A stretch of DNA of 63,864 bases, the filler included, from Ministeria vibrans ATCC 50519 (Eukaryota; Protista; Filasterea): NCBI GenBank assembly GCA_943704425.1. It is 9 parts of 9 records of this genome, joined end to end, with 100 filler letters (N's around TTAATTAATTAA, not from the genome) between each part and the next. Parts side by side here need not be neighbours in the genome. Positions count along the whole stretch, not along the records: positions 59,996 to 62,118 come from CALSCP010002043.1; positions 62,219 to 63,864 come from CALSCP010000256.1; 7 more parts are not named here. One strand, written 5' to 3'. A program made the translations under genes and the position numbers. This document shows positions 60,102 to 63,864 of the stretch, in pieces. The notes beneath the pieces were generated by a model. It searched no databases. It was given only the letters and a program-made list of their open reading frames with translations, and was not told where the DNA came from. The first letter of the stretch is position 1; every line of letters begins with the position of its first letter.

Positions 60102-61870
60102 AACGGCCATTCACGGTGCCCAAGTGTTCCTCAAACACACGTGTGTCAGCCGTGTGGTCCAGTACGTCATTGACAGCTCCAAGAGGCTTGCGGCCAACCT
60201 GAAGAAGATGAACACTCGCAACGGCCTTGTGGCGGACGAGGAGGACGAGGAAGGCCTGTACGCGCAAAGTCAAAAGCGTTTCTACTCCACACACACCGTA
60301 CACACCACCCATACCACCGGCCGCCCGTGATGCTCTTCCTCCCTTGTCTTCTGCTCCACCCACGCCACCCACACCATCCACCGCTCGCAAACCTCTTCCT
60401 TCCTTGTCCTCTGCTCCACCCACACCAACCGCACCATCCACCACTTGCAAGCCTCCGTCTCCCTTGTTTCCTGCCCCACCCACATCACCCACACCATCCA
60501 CCTCCCGCAAACCTCCGTCTCCTTTGTCCTCTGCTCCACTCACATCAACCGCGCCATTTACCACTTGCAAGCCTCTGTCTCCTGCTCCACCCACACCATC
60601 CGCCGCTCGTAAGCCTCCGTTTCCCACCTACACTGCCCCACCCACATCAACCGCATCATCCGCCGCGCGCAAACCACCGTCTCCCTCCTCCCCTGCTCCA
60701 CTCACATCACCACCCACATCAACCGCCCGCGAACGTCTGTCTCCTTACTCCCCGACATCCTCTCCTCTGTCCTCTCCCTCTCTTTCCCAGACAGAAGATG
60801 TTGTGGAAATAGGCTCGGCTCTGGACGATGGGGTGCGTCGATTACCGCCCAGTTTCTTTACCGACGAGCATCTTCTTCGTGGAAGCGAGGATGAAGACGA
60901 CGGAGATTTAGTAGAGCACAGCGATGACGACGAGAGCGAGGCGTACAGGGACTCTGCTGTCCGAAGTGTGGAGCGGCGGCGAAAGCTCGCAGAACAAAGG
61001 GCCGAGGAAGAGAAAAAGAAGGAGCGGGGTGAAGAGGGTGAAGAGGGTGAAGAGGACGAAGGGAACGAGAAGAGAGACGACGTGGACCGTACTCTGACTG
61101 CTCATCGTCACTGTCCGACACTTTCGACCGAACGCACGACGACGCCTTTCCAACCGCTCGACAGACAGTCTATGATGCCATCCTCTTCGAGTGTAGCAGC
61201 GGGCTTGCCGTCGACGACGACACACTTCTCGCACGGCAGGTAGAGAGAGCCGACGGTGAGCCTGTGGTTGTGCTCTCCGTCGACGACACACTTCGCGCAC
61301 GGCAGGTAGAGAGAGCCGACGGTGAGCCTGTGATTGTGCTCTCCGTCGACGACCAAACACCTCAGGGAGCCGACGGTGAGCCTGTGGTTGTGTTCTCCGA
61401 CGACCAAACACCTCACAGAGCCGTCGGTGAGCCTGTGGTTGCGCTCGGTGGCGACGGCGGCGCTCCCAGGTGGACAGTGTGTGTGGACTTCCACACCTGC
61501 TCTGTCTCAGTCAGCGTAAGGATGCTATTTTCTTGGTGGCCAGCTGATCCGTCTTCTGTGTAGAACGACAACTGTACCTACTTCACGCCCTTTCAGCTCA
61601 ACCAGACAAACGCGGCGTGTGCGGCCTACTGCTGCATTCTGTTCATCTGCTTCTCCTATGACTGGAAGGCAGTGCCTCTCGGACAGATGCAGTCCTTCTC
61701 CGCGTCCCTCACCGACTCGCTGTACGAGCTTGTGCGTCTGCGCTATGGAGAGCACCGGTGTCGTCGAGCGAGGCTCACCAACCGCATGCTCACGCGGACC
61801 CAGTCTCACCCTCACGAGACAGTGGTTGTACGACGCCGCGGTGGAGAGATCGAGTTCTTTGTGCAGCTGC
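60102..61870 (+). CDS. Hypothetical multi-exon protein with Pro/Thr/Ser 20-aa repeats, an acidic tract and ADGEPVV repeats; exon structure uncertain
   Basis: A 60-nt tandem repeat (about 60330-60760) reads PPTxPTPSTxRKPPSPLSSA. Plausible introns at about 61089-61168 and 61516-61563 link to the ADGEPVVVLS repeats and a Cys-containing exon. Confidence 0.45.
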
Positions 61871-61881
61871 ATGTGGCGATG

Positions 61882-61884
<3 letters not shown>

Positions 61885-61968
<84 letters not shown>
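61885..61968. repeat. (CT)n microsatellite
   Basis: Direct inspection. Confidence 0.95.
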
Positions 61969-61972
<4 letters not shown>

Positions 61973-62036
61973 CTTAAAAATAAAACAATAATAATATTAT
62001 TTTTTTCACTCAAAAAGAAAAACAACAAAACATCAA

Positions 62037-62118
62037 TCACTTCTCCTCACACCACTCGTTCTCCTTCTTGACCTGCGCCGCTTCCTCGGGCGTAAAGTCA
62101 TCGACAATATTGAAGGTC
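62037..62118 (-). CDS. SKP1: SKP1 C-terminus (partial)
   Basis: Reverse strand reads TFNIVDDFTPEEAAQVKKENEWCEEK*, the diagnostic Skp1 C-terminal helix. Confidence 0.9.
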
Positions 62119-62218
62119 NNNNNNNNNNNNNNNNNNNNNNNNNNNNNNNNNNNNNNNNNNNNTTAATTAATTAANNNNNNNNNNNNNNNNNNNNNNNNNN
62201 NNNNNNNNNNNNNNNNNN

Positions 62219-63708
62219 GAATGCAGCGACGTGCGTGGATACTCTGAATGGCTTTATGTGCGTATGCTTGCCTGGGTTTACAGGGGACAACTGTGCGAGC
62301 GATATTGACGAGTGCGCGTCAAACGCGTGCCAGCACAGCGGCACTTGCCAAAACCAAGTGAGTGGCTTTGTGTGTGTCTGTTCGATTGGCTACACAGGGT
62401 TGCTGTGCGAGTCTGACATAAACGAGTGTGCATCCAACCCTTGCACGAACGCTGGCTCGTGTACCGATGTTACAGGAGGCTTTGTGTGTGTGTGCGCATC
62501 GGGATTGACAGGTGTTCGTTGCGAGTCGGACATTGATGAGTGTGCCTCAAGTCCATGCACGAATGGTGGCTCGTGTCACGAATTGGCGACTGGCTACCAG
62601 TGCACATGTGTGATGGGATGGACTGGTGTACAATGTGAATCGAACATGGACGAGTGTGCCTCGTCACCCTGTGCAAACGGCGCCACTTGTGAAAATGGCG
62701 CTGGGAGCTACGCGTGTGAATGTCCCTGTGGCTGGACAGGCACACGCTGTCATGAGGCCATTGATGCTTGTGCTAGCAATCCATGTGAGAATGATGGGAC
62801 GTGCGTGTGGGATGCGAGTGCGCCCTGTGGCTTCACTTGCGAGTGCTTGCCCTACTATAGGGTTCACGACGATGTGTGTCGGGGCACGTGGGAGATCACC
62901 GTGCCCGCCACACCTGGTCAGCCCACAGTGAGCGCACCGGCACTCTTTCCCACTCTCACGTCCCCAACGAACGTCACCATCATGTTTGAAAGTCCCACTG
63001 GCACTTGCAATGTGTTTGGCTCTACCTCTGCAACCACCTTTGGCGTCCCTCCGATTCCGCCGTCCATCTCGGGCGCTGGTACTGGCAATAATATTTTCTT
63101 AAAGGTTGACGTCCCGTCCAACGGTAGTGTGACCACCGTGACGTTTTCTCCGGGGCATGGGAGGGAAATCTACGCATATGAGAGTCCCATCTGGAAGTTA
63201 CACCTTGTGCCAGCGCGCAGGCGAGCCGTTGGGGATGGACCCTTGAGCATTACCATCAGTACATCGACTGTGATGGCCCTTGTGGACAAGGACGAGTGTG
63301 CCGACAACGCAACCATGACATGTGCCAGCACCAGTGACTGTGTCAATCTCACTCCATCGTACAATTGCACTGCATGTCCCGCCGGTTTCGCTGGCTCCCA
63401 GTGTTTGACCAACATTGACGAAGTAAGAGAAAAACGTAAAACGACTTGATTGTATTGTGTATAATAGTGCAAATAAATAATGTTAATCCTTGTTAATATA
63501 ATTACATCTTAGTGTGCGTCCAACCCCTGTGCCTCAAACTCAGTCTGTGTTGACCTTGACAATGGGTACCGCTGCGACTGCATATCTGGCTCACCCGGTT
63601 GTCCGTCGTTGCAACCAAGCAACGCATCGTCCGCCACATCCACCATTGTGGGTGTTGTGGTCGGCGTTATCGTTCTGGTGATTCTCGTCGTTATTGTCAT
63701 AAAATGTC
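62219..63708 (+). CDS. EGF-repeat single-pass membrane protein (partial at both ends)
   Basis: Tandem calcium-binding EGF repeats, a beta-rich domain containing RRR, two more EGFs across an intron (about 63420-63512), then TM segment IVGVVVGVIVLVILVVIVI followed by KCR. Confidence 0.85.
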
Positions 63709-63782
63709 GGTATGGTTTTCACTCATTCTCTCACTCTTACACGCACTCACGAATACCTACATTTTCGCCTCACACTCAAAGG

Positions 63783-63785
<3 letters not shown>

Positions 63786-63857
<72 letters not shown>
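63786..63857. repeat. (AC)n microsatellite
   Basis: Direct inspection. Confidence 0.95.

Positions 63858-63864
<7 letters not shown>

Overview
Eukaryotic DNA: nine short contigs joined by artificial 100-nt spacers (N-run, TTAATTAATTAA, N-run). Genes are densely packed, with short GT-AG introns and AT-rich or microsatellite linkers. The gene content (IFT dynein-2, Hippo/MST kinase, RagA, EGF-rich surface proteins, TTAGGG repeats) suggests a flagellated protist, possibly close to animals; this is inference. Recognisable genes: RagA, a calbindin/secretagogin-like EF-hand protein, intron-containing L-rhamnose mutarotase, a fused HAD phosphatase/epoxide hydrolase (EPHX2-like, ending in SKL), a ~2,100-aa LRR/beta-propeller/LRR protein, a giant EGF-repeat transmembrane protein, DYNC2H1, RACK1, an MST1/2-like kinase, SSUH2, an SREK1/SRSF11-like protein, SKP1 and a second EGF transmembrane protein. 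The standout is 55214-58432 (minus strand), which the ORF track misses. It is an exact 122-bp tandem array in which every unit is a 72-nt phase-0 exon (one 24-aa DUF285/BspA-type repeat) plus a near-identical 50-nt intron. Variation is concentrated in five codons that reassort between units, and the gene ends in a bacterial-type WCV...PKWGTCP cap. It is a candidate modular, shuffled recognition-protein system. All family assignments come from motif recognition by eye; no database searches were run.
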